From NCBI GenBank assembly GCA_051362555.1, contig CM120640.1, forward strand, positions 35,421,967 to 35,485,966: a stretch of DNA of 64,000 bases, written 5' to 3'. The translations under genes were made by a program, and so were the position numbers. The notes beneath the pieces were generated by a model. The model saw only the letters and a program-made list of their open reading frames with translations. It was not told the DNA's origin and did not search any database. Below are positions 36,882 to 49,200 of this stretch, piece by piece (the stretch's first letter is position 1; every line of letters starts with the position of its first letter). This DNA comes from Lingula anatina. Its lineage: Eukaryota > Animalia > Brachiopoda.

Positions 36882-37408
36882 TGTTTTTACCTATAGGCAA
36901 AGTGTTATTTGTGAGCTAGGAGAGCCCAGAATGGATAACATATCAATTTCCTCTGGGGAACAGCGCCTCATAAGTTCGTTTCAATTTCCGTCACTGACCC
37001 GCATTTTACATGGAAAGCCATGCGTTAGCAAGCCTATTTTATGTTTCCCATTATGTGGTCATTCTGTGTACTTTTTGAGCTAACTAGTGTTAGTGTCAGC
37101 ACCAGTGTAGGCGAAATGATGCTGACGAGTTCTGCTTCGTAGCACATTCAGTTCACTTTTCATACAAAACGCCGGATTACAATAAGATCTGTGTAAAGGA
37201 CTGACTAAGTAATTATTCACATGCTCTAGTTATTTCCGAATATTCTCTTTGCGAGGCATGAGCCATGTTATTAAAATGATGAATAAGATAAGAGTAAAGG
37301 CTTCTAATGAACCTTATTTTGTAAAGGGCTAGCATATGAGATAAGATTAGATTAAGATTTGCACTTGGAAGTATCCTACCCGGGATTTCCCAACCGAACC
37401 AAATTTTT

Positions 37409-37455
<47 letters not shown>

Positions 37456-38074
37456 AATTTTCTCACGATTAATCTTTAACTGTCAAATTCCATAAATTGT
37501 CAATAGAAAATACTTTAAGCAATTCAAACATGGCAAAGACAGTTGAAGAAAACAGCGTCTTGTTCAAATTTTAAAAAAATTTATTCTAGTAATTAATTCA
37601 ATAATTAATTCATGTAAAAAATAAATAAATAAATAAAAGAAAAAAACATTCCCTTAAAAATTTTAATGTGGCAGGCTCAGATGTGCAGTTGGTGAGTTTA
37701 CGGGCATATTTCATCCACGCCAGGGACTCACGATCTTACAACTTTTTACGGTGTGCCAGGGGATCGTTTCCAATTCTGCAAATTTCGTTCTGCCACCCCA
37801 CAACCCGATAAAAATAATAAAAACGAAAAAAATACCCCTTTAATATAGCAAATAGCAATTGTCAAATCCTGCATAAAAAAATAAATAAATAGAATTAAAC
37901 TTAATTTAATAATGAATTATATCAATGGAAATACTATGTACAACGACTTTAAAATTGTCCAAATGTTTTTATATGTGCCCATGCGCTTTCTCTGGGGTAA
38001 TTAATCACTGTAGGTCTTAATCAGTAGGTGGTTGTTCATCCCAGATACCGCTGCGCCCTCTCATGGCAGCGGCT

Positions 38075-40681
38075 TTAGGGGCGTGGCATGGTGAAGCTCC
38101 CATCTCTCCCAGGGGCACAGTCAGCGGACACTGTTAATTCATAGAAAAAGAGGTTAATTAACTGTCGGGATTCACCAGAAACACGATTCAGTTTCAATCT
38201 CCACGCGCTTACAATTTCAGTTTAAGTGTAACTCTAGAATAAAAAATTATTCGTTTTCTGTCGCAAAATTCTTACCATAGGTGTTGTCATCTGCTTCAGC
38301 ATCCGCACAATTGGAGCTGTGGCGCACGTGAATAATGCGTGCTTCTGGTTGGTCTGTTGGCAGGAGGTCGCTCAGACCCCAGGGGTAATCAATGCCACCA
38401 TTCTGGCTGCTAGTGACCACACTTGTCAGTGGAGCTTCGGCAGTAGAACGGCGTATGTGCTCTAGGCGTGGCAGACGTGCTGGAAGATTTCTCCTTGGGG
38501 GAGGCACGGCCAATGCACCCTGGTATGGCAAGGTGCCACGCCCCTGGCGAGAAGCTGGAGAAGGAACGGTTTCATCCTCCTCAGAGCTGTATTGCTCGCC
38601 TTGAAATGGGACAAAGGCAGGTTTTAGAATGGCTGCTGCGCCAAATGGTCCTTCATCTTCATCGCCGTCATCATCATCATCATCATCACCATCATCAGAA
38701 GAAGAAACTGTTTTGGCAGCGGCATTTTCCCTGTCCGACTTTGTTTGAAGGATCTGCGAAAAATGATGCCGCATTTATCAAAATTCTTTTTATGTCTTCT
38801 CATTATGAGAGTGTTAAAGATCCTTTCTAGTATAGAGTTGTATTCACGTTTTTCAAAATCTCTACATAAAACTCTCTTGGCTTCTCGTCTGCACCTCTAA
38901 TTATTTCTGTCCATACATATAGCATTTTAAACACCTTTAGGTTGCAGGTTTTAAATGGTATAAAACGCCAAAAGGCATTTAAAAATGGGAATAAACACGT
39001 TGGGTTGTTTACCTGTTGTCTTTTCATGTCCTTTTTAGCCAGAGCCTCCTTGTTCTTATCAGAGAGCTCCTGGTGCCGCCTAGCGGCATTCTCATGTTTC
39101 TTGTTGTACGCCTCTAAGGCAGCTTCTTGCCTGGTTGCTATGCGCACCGCTTTCACACGAGGGACCTTAGATAAGGAAATAAGACAGCTTGTTTTCTGTT
39201 CTATCTGCAATTTAATTGTTCATTACAAAAATACAAAATACATTTTAATTTAATGTCTCTCATTTACCTCTGTTAAGTTAAGTGTGTTAAGTGCTTCAAC
39301 GCGTCTCTTCATTTAAATCTGCATTTACTAAAATTACCTAATGAGTGAATTTTAGTTCATGAGATAAAAAACTAATTACATCAGCAGCTTTGCCAAGTTT
39401 TCTTCTTATTGCAGCGGCCTGTTGAAGCATTGCTTCTCTGCGGCGTTCGATGGCAGCTTCCTCCCTTCTTTTAAATTCCTCTGCACCTTTCTTTATTGCA
39501 GAGGGTGGTCTACCTAGTCTGAAATTAAAGAAAAGGAAAAAGGGAATGGGATGAAATTATTTAAAGAAAAGTACAGATTAAAAATAAAAATGACAGACCA
39601 TAAAAAAAAAATCAAGCACGCAAAGTGAGCGAGAGAGCGAAAATTATGTCAGAATACTCTTTTTTTTTTACCTTTTTGGCATAGCTGTTTTTGGCCTGGC
39701 ATCTTTATCTACAAGCTCCCACGCTGTCCCAGATGCTCCTTCCTGTGGTTTTCCCACAGTCTGCAGTCCAGCTTTTTTAAGTGTCCTCTTGTTGGACAAC
39801 TCGTCCTTGAATTTTGACAGTCGGCCTTGCTGGGGGCGGACTGGAGGGTGCTGAATATAAAATTTTTTAATCGTTATGGAAGATATGTAGATTGCATAAC
39901 ATTGTTTCAATAGATGTATAAATTTAACAAATGGAAAAATAGTGTTTCTTCAAGTTCGTCACTCATACATGGAAACAGTTATGTGAAGCAATTATGTTCA
40001 AAAAAGTTTACTTCAGAGAATCCAAATCCTGATTAATTGATAATTGCAGGAAGGTAAAAAACTAAGCTATCTTGATCTGTAAACTCAAACACGTGAAGCA
40101 ACATGTTCAGAAAAAGTTTACTTCAGACAAATCAAGTTCCGATAGACTGATAATCGGAGGAAGGTGAAAAACTAGGCGGAAGGTGAAAAACTATCTTGAT
40201 CTATAAACTCTTATTTCAACTTCTTAAAATTCAACACCGTCGAACCGCAAAACTTCAAACTAGCGAGTGCCAAATTTTGAACGGGTGTTTGAATTTTGAA
40301 AGTGTGTGTTAAGATTTAAGGAGCAAGATTTTAAACAAGTGAAATTTTGCTGACACAAAGATGAAATGACAGCTCTGGCAAGATAAACAGAAAGAAAAGC
40401 AAGAAACTGAAAGGGTTAAAGGATCAATAAATACGCAACTGATTTTTAGTAAATTATAAGATACGAAAACAATATGGGTTTGCATATTCAAATTACATTG
40501 TACGCTTATTTTAAAGTAATATTTTAAAGTAATAACTTACTGTTCCTTGTGGATCTACACCAACACGGGGGCGCCTTCTTCTCAGCCGTTGTCGCACAAA
40601 TTGATATGCATGACCAACACGCCCTCTTGCAATCCTAATAGCATTTGTCAACCGATTTGTAAGAGGTTCAAAACACGACAT
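38075..40681 (-). CDS. multi-exon gene, divergent stathmin-like coiled-coil protein (~380 aa); exons 40681-40541, 39850-39672, 39518-39380, 39165-39013, 38753-38276, and tentatively 38130-38075
   Basis: All junctions are GT-AG and phase-consistent. ASGTAWELV and EEFKRREEAAIERRR resemble stathmin ASGQAFELI and EEIQKKLEAAEERRK. Acidic poly-D and Pro-rich tail. The last exon is uncertain. Confidence 0.75.
39983..40210. repeat. diverged ~110-bp tandem duplication in an intron
   Basis: gtgaagca...aaaaagtttacttcaga...ggaaggt...aaaaact...tatcttgatct.taaactc occurs twice. Confidence 0.75.
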
Positions 40682-41148
40682 TTCGAATGTTGAATTGAAA
40701 CTCACACAAAAGTAATTAAATATATCGAATACAGATAAAGTATTGCTGCAACGCAACTCGATCCCGTATCTATCTATCTATCTATTGTCTTCTGCGCATG
40801 TAACGTCTCCATGGGATATTCAAAGTTGTAACGAGATTTTGATTATGACGCATTGTCGCTGGCCAAGTTGCAAAGAAAACCTTTGTTGTGAAAAATCCTT
40901 TGTTGGTTTCATAGGTATCCTCTAAGTCTTAGATAATGACAAAATTTTTAACCGTGGACATTACCTTTAAAATGTCAAAGCTTTTAAAATGGTAATATAA
41001 CATTAATTTTTCAAGTTAGGCCTACTCAGTATAACGAGCGAAATCTCGCCACCAAATGGTCCACTAAAAATGGTAAAATGGATTACCATTGCACTGTTTT
41101 TGATACTACTTCCCTAGGCCTATTCCCCTACTGCAAACGGCACTATTT

Positions 41149-41497
41149 CAGGGCCGTAGCGTGAGAAAAATGCCAGGGGGGCAGTAAGCGGACACGAGGG
41201 GGCGAAGCCCCCGAGGGGGGAAGGGGTGGGAGGGGGTGTTCCCCTCCCACGGTGTGGAAATTTTTAAAAAACTATATGTATAATACTGCATTCTGGTGCA
41301 TTTTAACTGTTATTTATTGCTCAATCAGAAGTCAGAAATTGTGGGTTCATTTTGCTATAAGTACAGTCATTTTTTCAACACAACGCGCCAATTGGACTTC
41401 ATTTCGTAAATTTTTTTTGCAATTATTTTTTTTACCTTTGCGATTATTGTTATTATTATTATTATTTTTGCACCTCAAATCCCAGGGTGGGGGGCAG

Positions 41498-41541
<44 letters not shown>

Positions 41542-41555
41542 AGGCTACGGCCCTG
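41149..41555. mobile_element. MITE with 12-bp perfect TIR CAGGGCCGTAGC and TATTT flanking duplication
   Basis: CAGGGCCGTAGC at 41149 and GCTACGGCCCTG ending at 41555. TATTT on both sides (41144-41148, 41556-41560). Subterminal G-run and C-run. Confidence 0.88.
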
Positions 41556-42500
41556 TATTTTCAAAAAATTCTTTCGGAACGGAATTTATAAACATCTCTC
41601 GCTAATTTCAGGACACTAAAACATTCATATTTTATTAAGCGTGATCCGTGAAGCACCCCATTCAAGTGACTTGGAAATGCGGTTATTTATTCTTCGCTCT
41701 TCATGAGGATTTTCAGGACTTTCGGCTGGCATTATCTGTGAGATATGGATTTTTCTTATTTACTGAGATTTGTGAAGTGATTTGATTTCTCGTTTACTGT
41801 GATCACTACCCCCCCCCCCCCCTCCCGCAAATGGGACCCTCCAGTAGCCTTAGATCCATTATGAAATTTCCCGTATGACACTACAGCAGACGACAATTTG
41901 TCTTTTGTTGGATGTGATCTTTGCGTACGTCAACTTACCAACTTAATTGAAGACTCAGATTGCACGTTGATCGATCGCTGCATTTCAACTGACGGCTCGA
42001 CATTGCGATAGTTGTTCATCATATATATATCTGCCCATTGTGTTCACGGGAAATCGAATGTGACAGAGAAGACGACAACAATGAACATGGCGGAAAAACG
42101 AAGTTCACACGACACATTTTACGAACAGCCGTATTATCGCTGGACTTTATGAAAAGGTGATATTTATATATTCTAAACATGTATGTACATTTATAGTTGT
42201 TTTTGTTAAATATGCTTCTGAAATATTCGCAATTTTTTCCTTAATATTGGACTTAAACAAAAAACCAGAGGGGGCAAACACAAATGTTAAATGATGTGGA
42301 TCCTTTGTCCCTTCCGAAAGGCACCGACCACACTGTGACTGTGTCATTTTTTTGGTCAATTTTTTAAGATGATAAGGAATTTTAGATCTAATTCATGCAG
42401 CGTGCACTTAGATATTCTTTTAAGAAACTGGGTAACACAGACAAGAATATACTATAGATTACTAAAGAATTTTTCTTTTGTCAATTTTTTCAAGAAGTAC

Positions 42501-42567
42501 ATGTACCCTGTAGTAGTTCAAAATCGCCAGATACAGCTGAAACCTGCTGAGACAGAATCAAAAGAAG
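42501..42567 (+). CDS. probable first coding exon of a CELF3-6/bruno-3 family gene (MYPVVVQNRQIQLKPAETESKE)
   Basis: AAG|gtaaga donor at phase 1. The peptide resembles the CELF RRM1-RRM2 linker (MNRPIQVKPADSESRG|EDRKLF). A CpG-retaining promoter-like region with a YY1-like AACATGGCG lies upstream and a very long intron follows. Confidence 0.62.
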
Positions 42568-43140
42568 GTAAGAGATGAAACTCTGTTTATTTAATGCAAA
42601 TTAGGAAGTCTTGTTAAAACCATATGTACTGGTGCACATGTTAATATGGTTTCACTGACAAGATAGAAACTTGCTTTCTAGACATCTTCATACTTATATT
42701 TAACTAATTCGTACTAATTTTACTTTCTCTTTTCATAAAGACAATAATAAGATTATTAAGCACGATTGTAAAACATGCACATATGAAAAACAATATACAT
42801 GTAATGTTTTAACCACACATTGAGCCTTCTAAGTGAAATTGGCTATACATGTCCTGCTCAACTCACTGAAATGGGGGACCTCTGTAGAAAAATTATTAGA
42901 TCAGCCAGGCAGTAAATAATCAGTGTTTACAGCTTGACTAAAAAGGCCTGGAATGCGGGTTGACAATTACAATAACAGCAGTTGCAAATAATTTTTCCAA
43001 AAAAAAAAAAAAAAAATTGCACTGTTAGTCACTAGCAAGGTTTTGGTCTCGGTCAACCAGTCATTTTCAGTGCAAGACATACATTGTACACTGTGCACAA
43101 TCGAGGTACATGTAGATGTTTTCAAGTAAGGATTTGTGTA

Positions 43141-43299
43141 GGGGGCCATAGCAATAGTCTCAAAGTTCAATAGTTTGAAGGTTCATTGGTCCGAATGTTC
43201 ACTATAAAACCTTCGGACTAACGAACCCTTGATTAAAAAACTGATGAAAATGCTACGATTTTTTGGACCAATGAACCTTCGGACAATCGAGATGCCCCC
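43141..43299. mobile_element. 159-bp MITE with GGGGG...CCCCC termini and 8-bp TSD TTTGTGTA
   Basis: TSD at 43133-43140 and 43300-43307. Internal inverted repeat gaaggttcattggtcc / ggaccaatgaaccttc. Confidence 0.85.
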
Positions 43300-46200
43300 T
43301 TTGTGTAGACATGTAATGTTTTATAATTTTTTATTTTAGTTTTTTTGTATTTTTTCACTTTCTTCCGTTTTGCTTTTTCTTTTTACAATAATGCCTCTTT
43401 TTCCTAGGTATTCCCATGTTAATTGGCACATTTCCTGGGTGGGGGTTAAATAAAACTCATCGCAAACAGCTGGGTGTAATGTTTTAATTTAGTAATAATG
43501 TCAAATGATATTTCATGTTATTTAAAAAAGATGACCTAGAGGCAACTGCAATGAGACTTTAACACCTTGCGCCATTGTGAAAGTAACAGCAGACTTTGTT
43601 GGCCTGACAAATAACACGGATGAAATTAAGCTGCATGCGTGTAATAGCGGCTGAGCGTTCTATTGATTTTTTGTTTTGTGTATCTTTCCTATAGGCTGCA
43701 GCCTAAGCGGCATGCATTTGTATTGATCTTCTTTGGAGAGCACTACTAGAACAAGCCGTGTAACAAGTGGAAGTGGATGGTAATGTCTTTATTCCCCTAT
43801 GTGAGGTTTTAAGCACAGGAGAGAACAGTAAGAACTGATTACTGCATCAACCAGGCAGCACTTCAGGGTTATACAGTGTAGATTTAGGTAGGTTGCTTTT
43901 GTGTACGAGTGGTGTGGTGAGCCTTAAACAGGTAGAAAACTTCTGTGTATCATTGGTCTGTTGTGCAGTTGATATCTCATTTGCGTGGCCATTGCCATGC
44001 AGTCATATGCAGTGTCACAGCATCTGTCCAGGTATTGGTGGGTGTGGCTGCATGTTGATCAGTTTAATCTATATAATCCAATTCATCTGGAGTGTTTTTG
44101 TTATATATGGCTTAATTATCTGGAGCAACATGAACCAAGTTATTATGCATTGAATCTGTGTCGATAGTAATGGATGGATGAGGATTATTTTTTAATTGCT
44201 ATTGTCATTCTATTTTGGATATAGGACAGGCAGATTTGTGTATATATTTTATCTGTAACGAAGTGTAATATGGCCTTGTGGTTATGAATTGTGTACTATG
44301 CTTGGCATGTATTAGAACATAGAAATTGGTTAAGACATCATCAGTTAACTAATAAAATGATTGTATGACTTTTACAGGTACATCTTAAAAGGTTTTTGCT
44401 CCTGAAGGGACCTAGCTATTACAACAATTTTATAGAGTTCAGTATTAATTTTGTGATACATCTTGAATTCATATTTGCATGGTGCATTTGTTAGTGTTTG
44501 TGTACGGTATGTGCATTGTTTGATTGTAGACTAGATTGAAGGGTACATCTAAGTAAATTATCAACTTATTAGATGTGCTTTTTGTATGTGAAATAAAGAT
44601 AGTTGTTAGTCAGTCTCATAGGAGTATACTACTTGTATACAGGTGATGCATTTATCTGAACTTTTCATATGGATCAGAAGTTAAGGCTACAAATGACTTC
44701 TTCATCTCAATGGATAATGATACATAAATGATAGGACAGCTTTTTTGCCAGTCTATGCATATTGTGAGCAGTATTGTGTCATATAAGTACAGGTGTAGAG
44801 CCTTGGCGACTCCTTTATTTCATACGACCTTGGCTTACTGAAACAGCAGCTCTCCATTTAGCAAGATTTACCTTTTGTTGTTCAATGGATAAGGTGTTTG
44901 TATAGGAAAGTGAGAGGAATGCTAACAACACACAACATACACCAAACAAGACTAGTGAACTCATCTCCACAGGCAATGTAGTAAAGCTGCCTCTGTTTGT
45001 TGAAGCTATTTAAAGCAAATAGAGAATAATCTTTTTATTTGATGTCTCTTTTTTCATGTTGGCTGAACGCCAGAGAGACAACTTTTTTTAGGTTTCATCA
45101 CATATACACTATAGTTTGATTTGTGAGCTTTGTGAATGAAAATGTCCATGGTGTTATCGAGATTAATAAAATGTTTTATAAAGAATAGGGGATAGAAAGT
45201 AGAAACCATATTTACGTGTATGGACATGTACTCATAGAAAGCAGTATGTTCTGTGTCTTGACACTCAATATTTACATTGTTAGTTATTGTGTTATTTACA
45301 TGTTCCCATTGGAGTTTATGGATAATGGTTATGATCTATAGATGAAGAAAAGGAAAAATATCTAGTGTGAGCAGCAGTTCCAGAATATGATGAAATGAAT
45401 ATTATCTCATGCATCAGGTATCAGTTGTGAAAAGAACTGAGCAATTTACAGAGAATTAGTCACAGGCTTCTCTTTTTGGCAAACCTGAGGGAGATGAGTG
45501 TTCAGTAAGAAAAAACATTTTGGAATTGTGTATCTTTTTTTTTATGTATAACATCACCTGTTTTTGGCACGTAAGATAAGCTGTGTAATATATATATGTT
45601 GATGTTTGCATTCATATAATAAGAGGTATAGAAATAGGAAAAAAACAACAACAAAAAAACCCTTTTAGCCATATCTATATATGTTGTTAGAGTAGAGGCA
45701 AATGCATTCAAGGGAGTGATCTTATTGTGCTATGACAGAAACATGCAAGCATGCATGAAAATAATGCAAATTACTCGACTTGCAGGGTAGATAAAAAGTG
45801 TGATAACACTTTCATGGAATGGTGTGGCCAACAGGGATGGTAGACATTGTGGATATCAAGTTTAGAAATTTATTGCATATGTGATCATTAACTTGAAAAA
45901 ATTTCTTTAATTTGATTGGTAAAAGCATTGTTGACATCAGAGGTGGAGCCAGAATTTTGAAAAGAGAAGGATGTTTGATGGGTGTTTACTTTTATACTCA
46001 GTCTGTATCTAATTTTTCCCCCTCACATTTCTCTCCATCTAATTCCACACCTGGGAAGCATGCAGCGTGTGTAGAGATTTTGGATATAAAAGCTGTTTCC
46101 TTCGTCATTCAAGGATAGAGATAAAGGTATTTATGATTCATTGCATATACTCTTGTATGATTAAAATGATCTAAAATCATAAGTCTATGTGAATGCATAG

Positions 46201-49200
46201 GCATATCAGATATCTCTTCCAACTTTTTTATGACAAGTACTTCAGAGGAGCGTTTTATATTTCAAACTTCAATATGAATTCATTTATCTCCAGCATTTCA
46301 CTTCAAAAGATGCAAAATGTTGCAGTATACCTCTTAATAATGCCACAAAGTACTTGTAAGTCACTCAAATGACCCATGGGTGCAGGGTATGCATTACTAA
46401 AATAAACCCATAAACCTCTTTTGACACCTTCTTTCTATAGATAATTATCTGTTGCAAAAATATATGTGATTTATCACTGTATTGCATTCTGTATTGCAAA
46501 CAATACTTGAGCACCTAGTGAACCCATAACAAATATGCATAGAATATTTGCATATACTTCAGGTAGTAAAGTTCATGCAAACAGGAGGTTTTGCCTCTTA
46601 ATTTCAGAGATGGCAAATGGAAAGATCTTTTGACTAGCTTTGTATATCTTGGGTCTTGGTATTTGCATAGGCTATAGGATGAACAGTTTCAGCAAACAGA
46701 TAATGTTGTAGTAAAGAAGACACCAGGGAGCAGTCACTCTTTGTTTTATGTATGAAAATATTGCATTTGCATATCCATCAGGTAGTGTATAGGGTTTTCA
46801 TGTGCCTAGTCTGTGCATTTAATTATATTGTTTAAACATGATTTACATTAAAACTATGCATTCTGAAAACTGTTAAGATCCACACACTGTTTCTACATTC
46901 CTATACTTGGCGTAATCTCAGCACTTTTACAGTTATTTACTGTACACTCATTACCTCATTCTTAGTATATGCTTATCATCCATGTACTAGACTGACTATG
47001 AAGTCTTGTGCAAATAGATAACATTGTCTCTCAATGTCAAAGATGACAGCATGGAGTGGTATGGGCTAATCCTGTGGTTATAACATTGAGATGACACTTG
47101 GCTTACCATGGTGATAGAGGAATTATTGATCATAAATAAAGAGCGACTCTCAAGTGATTTTTCATTCAGAAGTTTATAATTGGCCACAAAATCAGTGAAC
47201 ATTGAATTGTTTGCTGAAATGGAAATTATAAATTGTATGATTATTGGTTGGTTTACAATGATTTGATTATATGATTGAATGTAACAGGTTTAGTAAAAAA
47301 AAAAGAGCAATTTTTTCTCTTTCAGTTATCGTTTAGTGAAAATAGAAGAAAATTAAATTTCCTAATGTTTCAAATGCAGTTGACTATATTGATAACTGAA
47401 CATTTAGCAACAGAAACCATGTTTAGCAATTTTCTTTCGTATGCTCCAATGTCTGTCACAGATTCATGTCCGGTCATAAACATGTATCAAATGGTCTGCG
47501 AAGTAACAAGTAAAATTAACAAAACCATGGATCATGAAAAAGACATATAAGTATCTATAAGAAGTGCAGACAACTGTACAGACCTATGATATTTTAGGTG
47601 TCTGATCAATTTAGATAGCCAGTGGTAAATGTGGTAGACAAAAATGTGTTTAGTGTGTTCAGTCTTTAATCAGACATAAAATAAGGACAAAAAAATTAAT
47701 AAGTCGGATCTATCAGTTTGGAATAAACACAACTACATAAAGACAGTATATACCTCTGCCCTGTAAATACACTGTACCTAATAAACAAAGTTAAAGGCTT
47801 TCTTTTTTTAATGTAAACACACCAATTGTATTATATTTGGACTGGGTTACATAAATTGATTTAAAAGTGCTTGTCACAAGACTGCAAGGATCTTTAACAG
47901 ATATTGATTTCAGAATACAACACCTAATATTCTTTCAATTGAAATGTCCCAGGGTTGTTTGAGTGGTGTTACCTTTCATGGCTGTCAGTCTGGCAGGTTA
48001 TTTGTGAAGTCGGGAGTAAAATGTGGACTTGGGAGTCAGGACAACATTGATTTTTTTCTTAAACCTGAACTGTTATGGTAACAAGTCGAATATTAATTGA
48101 ACATACATATAAAGTGGTCGTCTTTTGAATATAGTTGAGCTTAATCCATCCTTCTACTAACCCTGTGTACTAAATAAGATATGAAATGGTTTGAAACAGA
48201 TACAATTTCCATCTTAATACATGAAAATGGATATATAGATTTTTTTACATGGCCAAGTATTGTTTTTGCAGCTGAAAATAACTCTACTTCAAAATATTGA
48301 ATTATGACTTGCAGATTGTGGCAAATTTAAGGTTCAACCTTACTGATTCTACCTTTCAAATGGATGCCTACTAAATAAATACCGATGTGGTTTCCGTCTA
48401 CGCTAATACAGGCCTAAAAGGTGCTGCTGATACCTTTAATTGATTTAGGCCAAAAAATTGAAGCTGTTGACTACTGTTCACTAGTGTATCAATAATTGAA
48501 TTTGAAGTTGTGTTTTTGAAAAGAGGGAAGAAAACAATAGCACTGATGCCTGCAGTCTGCATAAGATAATTGAAAACATAATTAGTTAATTAGTCTGTTA
48601 CTGATATTGGGAATTAAGGGGATATTCCCGGAAAATGCAGTTTTATCTGGCTGGAGGTGTTTTAGACAAATTGACGTTATCATCAGGTGCACTATTGCCA
48701 GAAGACGGTTCCAAAACTGTGCATTATCAATCGTTTTCAGTGATGTTTTGTGATAATTTGCCAAATAGTTAGATATTGATCATAAGAACAAATGTTAATG
48801 ATGAACTAAGCAAGAGGGGAACTTACTGAAAAAAAGGTCAAATGATATTAATTCAAGTTAAATATGAACTAGCTGTTAATGTTCTGTTCCAAAGTTTCAT
48901 GTTTTATGCACATTTTTATGGTGAGTGCTCCTTTTTAAATTCAGGTTTAAAGAATTAGGATTTATAATGAATAGATATAAGGTTTAGTATGAAAGAACAT
49001 GTTAGTGTTATAAGTGCAAATTGTTTTTTAATGGAAAATGTGAAGTAAAATATACCGACATGTCTTTGATGTGCCACATGGAGCTTTAATAAAAAACACC
49101 CTGTGAAAATATTGTTTCAAAAATAGACTACACTGGGGAGGAGATTTTTCTTTTTATGTGGGAAAGGCAACATTTTTACATTTGCGCTATTCATTTGTTT

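Noticed and set aside
38392-38830. + strand ORFs including a poly-His stretch
   Set aside because: Antisense to the poly-Asp codons of the - strand gene, which has the splice-site support.
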